A stretch of 64,000 nt of DNA. Source: an uncultured Acidobacteriota bacterium. GTDB lineage: Bacteria; Acidobacteriota; Thermoanaerobaculia; UBA5066; Gp7-AA6. Under the pieces are notes generated by a model. That model worked only from the letters and a program-made list of their open reading frames with translations, searched no databases and had not been told where the DNA came from. The stretch is from positions 64,001 through 128,000 of the forward strand of contig CAVXTP010000009.1 of NCBI GenBank assembly GCA_963764715.1, written 5' to 3'. The position numbers and the translations under genes were made by a program. Of the stretch, positions 54,709-64,000 are shown one piece after another; position 1 is the stretch's first letter, and every line of letters starts with the position of its first letter.

Positions 54709-57588
54709 TCAGTTTGGCGCGGGCTCGTCGAGGACTTCGCGGACCTTGCGGGCGAGCACGTCGGGGGTGAAGGGCTTCGACAGGAAGGCCGTCCCCGGGG
54801 GAAGGATGCCCTGGTGCGCGATGGCGGCGTCGGTGTAGCCGGACATGTACAGCACCCGCATGGCCGGGCGGTCCGCGGCCAGGACGCGCGCGAGCTCGCG
54901 GCCGTTCATGCCCGGCATGATGACGTCCGTGACGAGGATGGCGATCTCCTCTTTCGCAGCCTTCGCCGCCGCGATGGCCTCGGCGGGACTGCCGGCGGAG
55001 AGGACGGCGTATCCCTGCATGCGGAGGAGCTTCTCGACGAGACGGCGGACCTCGGGCTCGTCCTCGACGAGCAGCACCGTCTCCGAGCCGGGGCGGGGCC
55101 GGGCGGGCGGGGGAGGGAGCTCCCGCGCGTCGAGCGGCTCGTCGCAGCGGGGCAGGTAGATCTTGAAGGTCGTCCCGTGCCCGGGCTCGCTGTAGACCCA
55201 GATCGAGCCGCCGCTCTGCTTGACGATCCCGTACGTCGTCGAGAGGCCGAGCCCGGTTCCCTTGCCGCGCTCCTTGGTGGTGAAGAACGGCTCGAAGAGC
55301 CGGGCCTGGAGGCTCGCGTCCATGCCGACGCCGGTGTCCGAGACCGCCAGCATCACGTGGGGCCCGGGGTGGACGGTGGCGTAGCCGCTGGCGAACTTCT
55401 CGTCGAGCGTGACGTTGCCCGTCTCGAGCGTCAGGCGGCCGCCGCGGGGCATGGCGTCGCGCGCGTTGACGACGAGGTTGACGATCGCCTGCTCGATCTG
55501 GCCGGGGTCGGCGAGCGTCCTCCAGAGGCCGGCATCGAGCGCCGTCGTCAGCTCCACGTCCTCCCCGATGACGCGGCGCAGCATCTTCTCCATGCCCGCG
55601 ATCACGGCGTTCAGGTCGAGGACCCGCGGCTCGAGCACCTGGCGCCGGGAGAAGGCCAGCAGCTGCTGGGTCAGCCCGGCCGCGCGGCGCCCGGCCTCGC
55701 GGATCTCCTCGGCGCTCTCGCGCCGGAGGTCCCCCTCGGGGAGCTGTTCGATCAGGAGGGCGCTGTACCCGGCGATCGCCGTCAGCAGGTTGTTGAAGTC
55801 GTGGGCGATTCCCCCGGCAAGCCTACCGACGGCTTCCATCTTCTGCGACTGGAGCAGCTGCTCCTCGAGTCGCCGCCGCTCCGTCATGTCGAACACGGTG
55901 CCGAGCAGGATCTCTTCGCCGTCTTCGTCCCGGATCAGGGAGACGTTCTCGATCAGCCAGATGGCGCTGCCGTCCTTGCGGCGCCCTTCGCTCTCGTAGC
56001 TGACGACGCTGCCTTCCTGGCGCAGGCGTGCGAGGAACTCCTGGCGCGCCCCGGCGGATCCCCGGAAGCCGCCGCCGGCCGACTGGGCCATCGCCTCGGC
56101 CGGGGAGGCATAGCCCATCATCCTCGCGAATGCCCGGTTGCATTCGAGGAGCCGGCCGTCTGCCGTCGAGCGGTAGACGCCGGCGAGGTTGCGCTCGAAG
56201 AGCAGGCGGTATCGCTCCTCGGACTCGCGCAGGCCGGCCTCCATGCGCTTTCGCCCGGTGATGTCGCGCAGGACCGCCTGCGAGCCCGTCCTGCCGTCGA
56301 AGGTGACGGGCGTGACGCGGAGCTCGATGTCGAAGGTCGATCCGTCGGCGCGCAGGCCGACGGCCTCGTACATCTCGGGCGCGGGCCGGCCCGCGGCGCG
56401 GTGCTGCACGATCTCTTCGACCTGCTCGCGCGAGCCCGGAGCGAAGAAGATCGACACGGGCACGCCGATGAGCGGCCGTTCGTAGCCGAACATCTCGACG
56501 CAGGCGGGGTTGGCGTAAGCGACCTTGCCGTCGATGCCGACCGACACGGCTTCCTGCGTTTGCTCGAGGAGCGTCTTGTACCGGCGGTCCCGTTCGGACA
56601 GCTGCTCGAGGTGGCGCAGCCGCGTCGTGCGCCGCCAGGCGAGGCCGGCGCCGGTGATTGCCGCGAAGAGCGCGGCCGCCGCGAGGACGATCCACCCGAA
56701 CTGCGGGTATCGGCGGCGCAGAACGGCGTCGCGGTCCACCTCGACGACCACGGCCCAGCCGACGTCCGCGATGGGGCGGGCGGCGGCCAGCACCCGGTGA
56801 CCCCGCCCGTCGGAGTACTCGCCGGACACGGGCGGACCCGCGAGGGCCGCCGCGGCGAAGGTCGTCCGGTCCGCCACCGGCAGCCGGTACTCGGAGTCCG
56901 GATCGCCTCGCCGCTCCGGAGCGACCACGAGAAAACGGTCGCCCTCGCGGAGGACGACGTAGAGCCGTTCGCTCTCCGGCCCTTCGGGACGCGGGAAGAG
57001 GGCGCCGAGCGCGTTGGCCGCGTCGACGGCCACGAGCACCGCCCCCGCTGCGCGGCCCGCCGCGTCGACGACCGGCTCGGCGACGTCGAGGCGCAGGGTG
57101 TCCCGGCCGGCCCGGATCGGGTGTTCGACGATCTCGCGCAACTCGGCCGCCGCCCGCCGCGCCGGAACGAGGTCGCTCTCGTCGAAGGACGCCGGCCCGG
57201 CCGAGGCCGCACGAACGCCGCCGCCCGCGTCGAGGACACCGATCGACAGGTCGTGCTCCTCCGACAGGCTTTCGGCCAGGTCGCGGCGGACGAGCTCGCC
57301 GAGCGCGGGCGAGCGGCCGGACGCGAGAAAGGTCCGGACGCTGTCGAGCCCGGCGAGGCGCCGGGCCTCGCGCCGCCACGAGCGGATCGCACGCTCGGCG
57401 ATGACCGCGCGGTCGTCGGCCAGGCGCGACAGGCGCGACTCCCAGCTGGCCCGGTTCGCCCGTTCGGATTGGCGGATCGAGATCAGGGCGATCAGGGCGA
57501 GCAGGGCCCCGGTGAGCGCCCAGGACACGACGAGCCAGACGGGGAGTTGCCGATCGCCGAGCGGCTCGGGGGCTTCGGGTCTGGACAC
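54709..57588 (-). CDS. Membrane hybrid sensor kinase (periplasmic Cache-like domain, 2 PAS, HisKA/HATPase, REC)
   Basis: Two TMs; two PAS repeats; GGIAHDFNN, NLVVNARDAMP, FEPFFTTK..GTGLGL; REC with TDVIMP and KPF. Confidence 0.93.
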   Translation of the reverse strand: MSRPEAPEPLGDRQLPVWLVVSWALTGALLALIALISIRQSERANRASWESRLSRLADDRAVIAERAIRSWRREARRLAGLDSVRTFLASGRSPALGELVRRDLAESLSEEHDLSIGVLDAGGGVRAASAGPASFDESDLVPARRAAAELREIVEHPIRAGRDTLRLDVAEPVVDAAGRAAGAVLVAVDAANALGALFPRPEGPESERLYVVLREGDRFLVVAPERRGDPDSEYRLPVADRTTFAAAALAGPPVSGEYSDGRGHRVLAAARPIADVGWAVVVEVDRDAVLRRRYPQFGWIVLAAAALFAAITGAGLAWRRTTRLRHLEQLSERDRRYKTLLEQTQEAVSVGIDGKVAYANPACVEMFGYERPLIGVPVSIFFAPGSREQVEEIVQHRAAGRPAPEMYEAVGLRADGSTFDIELRVTPVTFDGRTGSQAVLRDITGRKRMEAGLRESEERYRLLFERNLAGVYRSTADGRLLECNRAFARMMGYASPAEAMAQSAGGGFRGSAGARQEFLARLRQEGSVVSYESEGRRKDGSAIWLIENVSLIRDEDGEEILLGTVFDMTERRRLEEQLLQSQKMEAVGRLAGGIAHDFNNLLTAIAGYSALLIEQLPEGDLRRESAEEIREAGRRAAGLTQQLLAFSRRQVLEPRVLDLNAVIAGMEKMLRRVIGEDVELTTALDAGLWRTLADPGQIEQAIVNLVVNARDAMPRGGRLTLETGNVTLDEKFASGYATVHPGPHVMLAVSDTGVGMDASLQARLFEPFFTTKERGKGTGLGLSTTYGIVKQSGGSIWVYSEPGHGTTFKIYLPRCDEPLDARELPPPPARPRPGSETVLLVEDEPEVRRLVEKLLRMQGYAVLSAGSPAEAIAAAKAAKEEIAILVTDVIMPGMNGRELARVLAADRPAMRVLYMSGYTDAAIAHQGILPPGTAFLSKPFTPDVLARKVREVLDEPAPN

Positions 57589-58662
57589 TCAGACCCGCAG
57601 CAGTCCGGCGCCCCAATGGAGGCCGGCGCCCAGGGCCGTGAACCCGACGAGGTCGCCCGGGCGGATCCGCCCGGCCGCCTTCGCCTCGTGGAAGACGAGC
57701 GGCAGCGTGGCGGCCGTGGTGTTCCCGTAGCGCTGGATGTTGTTGAAGACGCGCTCGTCCGACAGCCCGAGGTGCTTCTGCACGGACTCGTTGATGCGGA
57801 GGTTCGCCTGGTGCATCAGCAGGAGCGACAGGTCCTCGACCCCGAGGCCGTGCTCGGCGAGGACCTCGCGCACGATCTCGGGCATCGCCGTCGTGGCGAG
57901 GCGGAAGACCTGCCGGCCCTCGACGACCGGGATCGTCCGGTTGTCGGCGAACATCTCGGGGCTGAAGTAGGGAAAGCTCGCGGAGCCTCCGCCCGGGACG
58001 TACAGCTTGTCCCACTCGGCGCCGTTGGTGTGCATCCGGAAACCGAGGAAGCCCCGTCCGTCCTCCGCCGCGTTGGCTTCCAGGACGAAGGCGCCGGCGC
58101 CGTCGCCGAAGATGACGGCCCGATCGCGGTGCGCCGTGCCCCAGGCAAGCGACTCCGGACGCACCGGGCCCTCGGACTCGCCGAACATGACCTTCCATTC
58201 CTCCTCGCCCCAGGGAAAGAGCGAGGCGTGGCACTCGGCGCCGACGAGGAGCACCCGGCGGGCCGCTCCGGACCGGATGAACGCGTCGCTGACCTGGAGC
58301 CCCGAAAGAAATCCGGCGCACTGCATCCGGATGTCGAGCGCCGGGGTCGTCGTCAGGCCGAGGCCCCGGGCGAGGATCCCGCCGTTTCCGGGGAAGTAGT
58401 GGTCGGGCGTCATGGTCGCGAAGACGATGAGGTCGAGATCCTCCGCCGCGAGCCCCGCGTCCGCGAGGGCGCGCCGCGCCGCTTCGAGGCCGAGGACCGA
58501 CGAGGACTGGCCCCGCCTCGCGAAACGGCGTTCTTCGATGCCGGTCCGCTGGCGGATCCACTCGTCCGTCGTGTCCATCAGGCGCGCGAGGCGCGCGTTG
58601 GTGACGACGCTCTCCGGCACGTACATGCCGGAGCCGCGGACGACCGTTGTCGGGAGAGGCAC
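57589..58662 (-). CDS. FabH-like beta-ketoacyl-ACP synthase III family protein
   Basis: WIRQRTGIEERR, QCAGF (Cys), FGDGAGA, HQAN (His), GNT (Asn), GAGLHWG. Confidence 0.92.
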   Translation of the reverse strand: MPLPTTVVRGSGMYVPESVVTNARLARLMDTTDEWIRQRTGIEERRFARRGQSSSVLGLEAARRALADAGLAAEDLDLIVFATMTPDHYFPGNGGILARGLGLTTTPALDIRMQCAGFLSGLQVSDAFIRSGAARRVLLVGAECHASLFPWGEEEWKVMFGESEGPVRPESLAWGTAHRDRAVIFGDGAGAFVLEANAAEDGRGFLGFRMHTNGAEWDKLYVPGGGSASFPYFSPEMFADNRTIPVVEGRQVFRLATTAMPEIVREVLAEHGLGVEDLSLLLMHQANLRINESVQKHLGLSDERVFNNIQRYGNTTAATLPLVFHEAKAAGRIRPGDLVGFTALGAGLHWGAGLLRV

Positions 58663-58711
58663 GTCGGAGATTGTAACGGTCGGCCCGGTCCGCTCCCGGC
58701 GGGGGACGTCC

Positions 58712-61273
58712 TCAGTCGACGGCGGCGAGGTCCAGGTCGCCCGTTTCGTTGTCGATGGCCGCCGTCCAGGCGTAGACGTTCATGCCGCTCGGCACGTCGA
58801 CGCGGATGCGGCCGCCGGGCTGGTTCGTCACGCCGAACGCGGCGAAGACGGAGTCGAGGCGGCCGGGCGCGTGGTCGCCAAGCGGGACCTGGACCTGCCC
58901 GGCCTGGGTGCCGTCGGCGCGGAAGCCCGTGACCGTCACGCTGCCGGCGTGCCCGCGGTTGTAGAAGAGGAGGTTGGTCCGCCGTCGGGCCGTCTGGGGA
59001 AGGCCGAAGGCGGTGCCCGAGGCGCTGGCGAGGCCCGCCGCGCCGGGGACGACCGGCGCGAAGCCCGCGTAGTCGGCGCCGTTCGTGCGCGCCCCGACGC
59101 GCACGCCCGCGTCCACCGGCACGGTCGCGCTGATGAAGAGCGAGCCCTGCCCGGAGGTCAGGCCGTAGAGGGTGTTGAGCACGTTCTGCAGGACCCGGGT
59201 CTCGAGGGGCGCGAGCGTGATCGTCTGCGTCAACGGCGTCGGCGTGCCGTAGAGCGGGTAGTAAGTCACGCTCACCGCGGAGCTCGCCGCGGAGTCGGGG
59301 TTCGACAGGAAGAGGTCCGAGACGAACTCCGTGCTGTTGGCCCCCACGAGCACGCCCGCGTTGGGCACGACCGCTTCGGACAGCGGCTGCACCGGGACGA
59401 ACGCCGCGACGTCGTAGGTACCGAGGTCGAGCACGTTGACGTAGGGCTGGAGCGATCCGGTCGAGACCGCAACCCGGATGACGTCGCCCGGCTCGGGGTC
59501 GACGCCGAAGGCCGTCGCCGCGGGATTGAACTCCTCGCGCGTGTTGATCGCGATCGTGAAGGGCGTGGTTCCGCGGACGGTCCCGTCCGGGGCGGAGAGC
59601 GTGAGCGTCCCCGTTGCGCCGGTCATCGAATACATCCCGAAGATCGAGGCCTCGGTGGTGCGCGCGCCCGTGAAGAGGAGCGCCTGCGACCCCGCGCCGA
59701 GGCTTCCGGGGATGGTCTGCGCCTCCAGCGAATACCCGTACGCCGCTCCGGCGGGCGTCACGCGCGTCGTTCGGACGCTCGCCTGGAGGTCGGCGGCGTT
59801 GCCGGTCGTGGTTCGCAATCGCACGGCCCCGACCGCGAGGTTGGCGCTCGTCCCGATGTTGCCGAAGGCGTCGGCGAGGACCAGGGTCGCGCCGGGCCCG
59901 ACCGAGAACGTCGTCTTGGCGGCGAAGGCCCCCGGGGAGTACACGTAGAACGCGTCGCCCGCGATGGCCGCGGTCCCGGCGTTGGAGAGGGTGATGTCGA
60001 TCCGGATGCGGTTGTCCGGCGTCCCGGCCGCGGAAAACGCGACGGGCACCGCGCGGTCGGTGGGTCCGCCGATCGTCTGCAGGGCCACGCGCACGAGGTT
60101 GCCGCCCGCGCCGAACCAGACCTGTCCGCCGTCGACCGCGATCCCGTACGCCTGCGTCACGGGGACCTGGGTCACGAGCGTGCCCGGATACGACTGGTTG
60201 CTCGCCACGCGGAAGTCGGCGTCGACGAGCGCCGTGGCGTCGGTGGCGAACGTCGTCGGAGGAACGGCGAACGTCCGGTTGGTTCCGAGAATCACGCTCG
60301 GAGTCGAGCGGACCTCGAGCTCGAGCGGCGTCAGCACGGTGCGGAACGGGGCGGCGAGGGCCGGATCGATGACGTTGACCGCGGCCGCCGACTGGCTCGA
60401 CGTGATGTAGGCCTTGCCCTGGAAGAACTGGAAGTGGATCGGGTTCGAGATGCCGTAGAAGGAGTCGAGGTTGCCCGTCGCCGGGTCGAACCGGTCCAGC
60501 CTTCCCGCCGAGAGCTGGGTCATCCAGATCATGCCGTCGTCGTCGATCTCGATCTGGGTGGGATTGAGCCGGCCCTGGGACGGATTGAAGAAGGTCCAGG
60601 ACGTTTCCGTCGCGGCGCCCGGCACGTATTTCACGATCCGGTTGTTGCCGAAGTCGGCCAGCCACAGCGTGCCGTCGGGCGCGACGGCCATGTCGGCGTA
60701 GGCGTACGTCAGGGCCGAACGGTAGACGTTGGTCGTCTTCGTCTCGAAGTTGACGTTGAGGAGCGCGGCGCCGGTGATCGGGACCCAGTAGGTCCCGTCG
60801 GGCGCCTTGTAGAAGGCGGCCGGGATGGAGCCGGGTACGACCCACTCGGTGATCTCGTTGGCCACCGTGTCGAGCTTCGCGACCGAGCAGCGCCCGGCCG
60901 GGATCTGGCTCTGGCCGCTCTCGAGGATCCAGACGTCGGTCCCGTCGAGGACGAAGTCGACGGGGTTCGCGCCGAGCTGGTCGCTCGGCCGCAGCTGCCA
61001 GTAGGTGATCGTGGTGCCGCGCAGGACGCCGACCCGGTCGGCCGACGATTCGAGGAACCAGACGCCTCCATCCGGGGCGACCTGGATGCGGACCCCGTTG
61101 ATGTTGGCCGAGCTCTCGGTGGCGAAGCGAACGCCGGCCGGAACCGTCGTCGGGGCGCCGGGGGTCGGGGTCGGGGTGTTGGCGGGGGTCGGGGTCCTGG
61201 TCGGGGTCTGCGCGAAGACCCCCAGGGCGCCGCCCAGCCACACCGCCGCGGCGGCGAGAAAAACACGCTTCAT
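58712..61273 (-). CDS. Secreted protein: Pro/Thr linker, Vgb/NHL-like beta-propeller and repeated C-terminal beta-rich domains
   Basis: Signal peptide MKRVFLAAAAVW; TPTRTPTP; APDG.VWF repeats; two VP...G...D..LSN-initiated domains; ends IDNETGDL. Confidence 0.75.
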   Translation of the reverse strand: MKRVFLAAAAVWLGGALGVFAQTPTRTPTPANTPTPTPGAPTTVPAGVRFATESSANINGVRIQVAPDGGVWFLESSADRVGVLRGTTITYWQLRPSDQLGANPVDFVLDGTDVWILESGQSQIPAGRCSVAKLDTVANEITEWVVPGSIPAAFYKAPDGTYWVPITGAALLNVNFETKTTNVYRSALTYAYADMAVAPDGTLWLADFGNNRIVKYVPGAATETSWTFFNPSQGRLNPTQIEIDDDGMIWMTQLSAGRLDRFDPATGNLDSFYGISNPIHFQFFQGKAYITSSQSAAAVNVIDPALAAPFRTVLTPLELEVRSTPSVILGTNRTFAVPPTTFATDATALVDADFRVASNQSYPGTLVTQVPVTQAYGIAVDGGQVWFGAGGNLVRVALQTIGGPTDRAVPVAFSAAGTPDNRIRIDITLSNAGTAAIAGDAFYVYSPGAFAAKTTFSVGPGATLVLADAFGNIGTSANLAVGAVRLRTTTGNAADLQASVRTTRVTPAGAAYGYSLEAQTIPGSLGAGSQALLFTGARTTEASIFGMYSMTGATGTLTLSAPDGTVRGTTPFTIAINTREEFNPAATAFGVDPEPGDVIRVAVSTGSLQPYVNVLDLGTYDVAAFVPVQPLSEAVVPNAGVLVGANSTEFVSDLFLSNPDSAASSAVSVTYYPLYGTPTPLTQTITLAPLETRVLQNVLNTLYGLTSGQGSLFISATVPVDAGVRVGARTNGADYAGFAPVVPGAAGLASASGTAFGLPQTARRRTNLLFYNRGHAGSVTVTGFRADGTQAGQVQVPLGDHAPGRLDSVFAAFGVTNQPGGRIRVDVPSGMNVYAWTAAIDNETGDLDLAAVD

Positions 61274-61333
61274 GACGTCGGCGGATGATAACGCAGCGCG
61301 GCCGGCCGGCATTTCTCGAATCGCCGGCGCGTT

Positions 61334-62464
61334 ATGAACGAAGAAATGAGCCCCTCGACTCTCTCGCCCGTCGCCGAGATCCTCGCGCGCCGCACCGCGC
61401 CGGCGGCGCCGGAGCTCGTCGAATGGCTGCCGGACGGCCGCCTTCGCTGCCACGCCTGCGGTCACCGGTGCCCCATCCCGGAGGGGCGCGAGGGCGTTTG
61501 CCGCGTTCGCTTCCGGCGGGGCGACGTTCTCGAAGTCCCGCGCGGGTACGTCGGCGCGCTGCAGCTCGATCCGATCGAGAAGAAGCCGTTCTACCACGCG
61601 CTGCCGGGCTCCGATGCGCTGTCGTTCGGAATGCTGGGCTGCGACCTCCACTGCGCCTACTGCCAGAACTGGTTCACGTCCCAGTCGATCCGCGACCCCG
61701 AGGCCGTGGGATCGCCGCGGGACGTCTCCGCCGCGGAGCTCGTCCGGCTCGCCCGCGAGAGCGGCGCGCCCACGATCGTGTCGACGTACAACGAGCCGCT
61801 CATCACCTCGGAGTGGGCCGTCGAGGTGTTCCGCGCCGCGAAGGCGGAGGGCCTCCGGACCGCGTACGTCTCGAACGGCAACGGCACGCCGCGGGTCCTC
61901 GACTACATCCGCCCGTGGGTCGATTTCTACAAGGTCGACCTGAAGTCCATGGACGACCGTCACTATCGCCAGCTCGGGGGAGTGCTCCAGAACGTCCTCG
62001 ACACGATCGCCGGGATCCACGAGCGCGGGATCTGGCTCGAGGTCCTGACCCTCGTGATCCCCGGGTTCAACGATTCCGACGACGAGCTCACCCGCGCGGC
62101 CCGCTTCATCGCGTCGGTGTCGCGGGACGTCCCGTGGCACGTCACGGCCTTCCATCCCGACTACAAGATGACGGACCGCGGGGCGACTCCCGCGGAGACG
62201 CTCGTGCGCGCCTGCGAGATCGGGACGGCCGAGGGCCTGCGCTACGTCTACGCCGGCAACATCCCCGGCCGGCTCGGCCGGTGGGAGGACACGCGCTGCG
62301 GCGCGTGCGGGGAGACGGTGATCGAGCGCCGCGGCTTCGTGGTCACGAAGAACCGGCTCGCGAGGGGAAAGTGCCCGAAGTGCTCCGCGGCGGTTCCGGG
62401 CCGATGGGACGGGGCGCTCGACGGGACCGGCCGGACGCACGGGGTCCCGCTGCCGGTGGTCTGA
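61334..62464 (+). CDS. amrS: AmmeMemoRadiSam system radical SAM enzyme
   Basis: CHACGHRC...GVCRVR, DPIEKKPFYH, GCDLHCAYCQN, TYNEP, PWHVTAFHPDYKM, YVYAGN, C-terminal CxxC...CxxC. Confidence 0.92.
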   Translation: MNEEMSPSTLSPVAEILARRTAPAAPELVEWLPDGRLRCHACGHRCPIPEGREGVCRVRFRRGDVLEVPRGYVGALQLDPIEKKPFYHALPGSDALSFGMLGCDLHCAYCQNWFTSQSIRDPEAVGSPRDVSAAELVRLARESGAPTIVSTYNEPLITSEWAVEVFRAAKAEGLRTAYVSNGNGTPRVLDYIRPWVDFYKVDLKSMDDRHYRQLGGVLQNVLDTIAGIHERGIWLEVLTLVIPGFNDSDDELTRAARFIASVSRDVPWHVTAFHPDYKMTDRGATPAETLVRACEIGTAEGLRYVYAGNIPGRLGRWEDTRCGACGETVIERRGFVVTKNRLARGKCPKCSAAVPGRWDGALDGTGRTHGVPLPVV

Positions 62465-62516
62465 GCGCTCGGATCCGGATTCGCCGCCGGCCGACGGGCC
62501 TGATAGCCTCCCGCGC

Positions 62517-63617
62517 GTGATCGCGGGACGGGCCACGCCGGAAGGGACGCAACGCTTCGCCGCGCGGTCGGCGGTCGCCGCGGGCCACTTTCGCGCGGCC
62601 ATGGACGGCCTGTCGCTGTCGTCGATCGGGCTCGGAACTTACCTCGGCCGCGAGGACGCGGCGACGGACGCGGGATACGAGGCCTGCGTCGCGGCGGGCC
62701 TGGCCTCGGGCGTCAACGTCTTCGACACGGCGATCAACTACCGCGGCCAGTTGAGCGAGCGGGCGATCGGACGCGCGCTCGCGGCGGCGTTCTCCGCGAA
62801 AACGGCGGCGCGCGACGAGGTCTTCGTCTCGACCAAGGGCGGCTACACCCCGCACGACGCCGGGGACCCGCGTCCCGCCGGACGCTACGTGCGCGAGACG
62901 TTCCTCGACCCGGGCCTCGCGCCCGCGGCCGAGGTCGCCCAGGGCTGCCACTGCATCTCCCCGGCCTACCTCGAGGACCAGATCGCGCGCAGCCAGGAAA
63001 ACCTCGGCCTCGACACGATCGATCTCTATTACCTCCACAACGTCGAGACGCAGCTCGAGGAGGTCGGCCGCGAGGCCTTTCGCGGGCGGCTGTCGCGCGC
63101 GATCGCCACGCTCGAGCAGGCGGTCTCGGACGGCCGGATCGCCGCGTGGGGACTCGCGACCTGGAACGGCCTGCGCGTGCCGCCGGAGCATCCCGAGCAC
63201 CTTTCGCTTTCGCTCGTGCGCGACCTGGCGCAAGAGGTGGGAGGGCCTTACCATCATTTCCGGGCCGTCCAGCTCCCGGTCAGTCTCGGCATGGCCCACG
63301 CCGTGGGATATCGGTCCCAGGTCCTCGCCTCCACGCGCATGTCCGCCCTCGACGCCGCCGTGGCCCTCGGCATCGCCGCGTTCGGCTCCGCCTCGCTTCT
63401 CCAGGGACGCCTCGTGGCGGAGCTGCCGGAATCGGTCGTCCAGGCGTTCCCGGAAGGCGAGACTCCGGCGCGCCGGGCCCTCCAGTTCGCCCGTTCCGCG
63501 CCCGGCCTAACCACGGCGCTCGTCGGAGTTTCGACCCCCGCGCACGCCGCCGACGATTTCGGCCTGGCGAAGTTTTCCCCGGCGGAGAGCGCCCGGGTCC
63601 TGTCGGTTTTCGCTTAA
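62517..63617 (+). CDS. Aldo/keto reductase
   Basis: SSIGLGTY, FDTAINY, VSTKGG, IDLYYLHN (catalytic D, Y, K, H). Confidence 0.9.
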   Translation: MIAGRATPEGTQRFAARSAVAAGHFRAAMDGLSLSSIGLGTYLGREDAATDAGYEACVAAGLASGVNVFDTAINYRGQLSERAIGRALAAAFSAKTAARDEVFVSTKGGYTPHDAGDPRPAGRYVRETFLDPGLAPAAEVAQGCHCISPAYLEDQIARSQENLGLDTIDLYYLHNVETQLEEVGREAFRGRLSRAIATLEQAVSDGRIAAWGLATWNGLRVPPEHPEHLSLSLVRDLAQEVGGPYHHFRAVQLPVSLGMAHAVGYRSQVLASTRMSALDAAVALGIAAFGSASLLQGRLVAELPESVVQAFPEGETPARRALQFARSAPGLTTALVGVSTPAHAADDFGLAKFSPAESARVLSVFA

Positions 63618-63752
63618 GAGTCTCTGGGGCCTGGGCTTCCGGCGGGGGAGGGGGCCGTCCGGCCGCCGGAATCGCTTTTCTTTTCCGTTCGTCGTAGAAT
63701 GACTCGTTCCCGCCCGGACCCAGAGTCAGCGCGGCGGGTGGTTTGGGAGCTC

Positions 63753-64000
63753 ATGTCCGAAGATCCCTTGACCCCGGGAAGTCTTGCATCTGTATCGGTT
63801 CCGTCCGAGGCACCCTCGTCGGAGGAAGGCCTGCAAGGCGACGGTCAGCCCCGTCCGCACCGCCGCCGCCGCCGTCGCCGCCGCCGTGGAGGCCGAGGTG
63901 GGGGGCCGCCCGGAGCGCCGGGCGGGTCCCAGGAACGGTCCGATGATCTCTCCGCCGCCGCCGGCCCCGAACGGCCGGCCGAGGGCGTTCTGTACCTGCC
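63753..64000 (+). CDS. 5' fragment of a gene with an Arg-rich N-terminus, probably transcription termination factor Rho
   Basis: ATG 63753 after GGGAG; MSEDPL...HRRRRRRRRRGGRGG...AEGVLYLP runs open to the window end. EGVL resembles the start of the Rho RNA-binding domain. Confidence 0.5.
   Translation, partial: MSEDPLTPGSLASVSVPSEAPSSEEGLQGDGQPRPHRRRRRRRRRGGRGGGPPGAPGGSQERSDDLSAAAGPERPAEGVLYL

Overview
High-GC chromosomal window from a bacterium whose 16S rRNA and gene content suggest Acidobacteriota (Thermoanaerobaculia/subgroup-7-like; inferred, not database-checked). In order it holds: the end of a type II secretion/pseudopilin cluster; M16 peptidase-dut-MBL-purS-purQ-purL; tam and truA; a MocR regulator with two copies of a 53-bp operator-like motif; an Oar-like TonB-dependent receptor with a sigma54-type promoter; a wHTH-FHA/Ser-Thr kinase module; purF-(two GT-C-like membrane proteins)-purM-purN; a complete rRNA operon (16S, tRNA-Ile, tRNA-Ala, 23S, 5S); a cluster of GT-C/YfhO proteins, four SAM methyltransferases and a radical SAM enzyme; a second receptor; HD-GYP, mutY, a stand-alone BoxB-like diiron protein and UPF0158; a FabH-like enzyme abutting a hybrid kinase; a secreted propeller protein; AmrS; an AKR; and the probable start of rho. 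About 13 frameshifts are all +1, which points to sequencing insertion errors. No CRISPR array, transposase or prophage gene was recognised. Strongest leads: the MocR regulon, the orphan BoxB-like enzyme with its bidirectional promoter, the glycan-tailoring cluster, the FabH/kinase pair, repeated CTG starts at CTGA overlaps, and many apparently leaderless genes.
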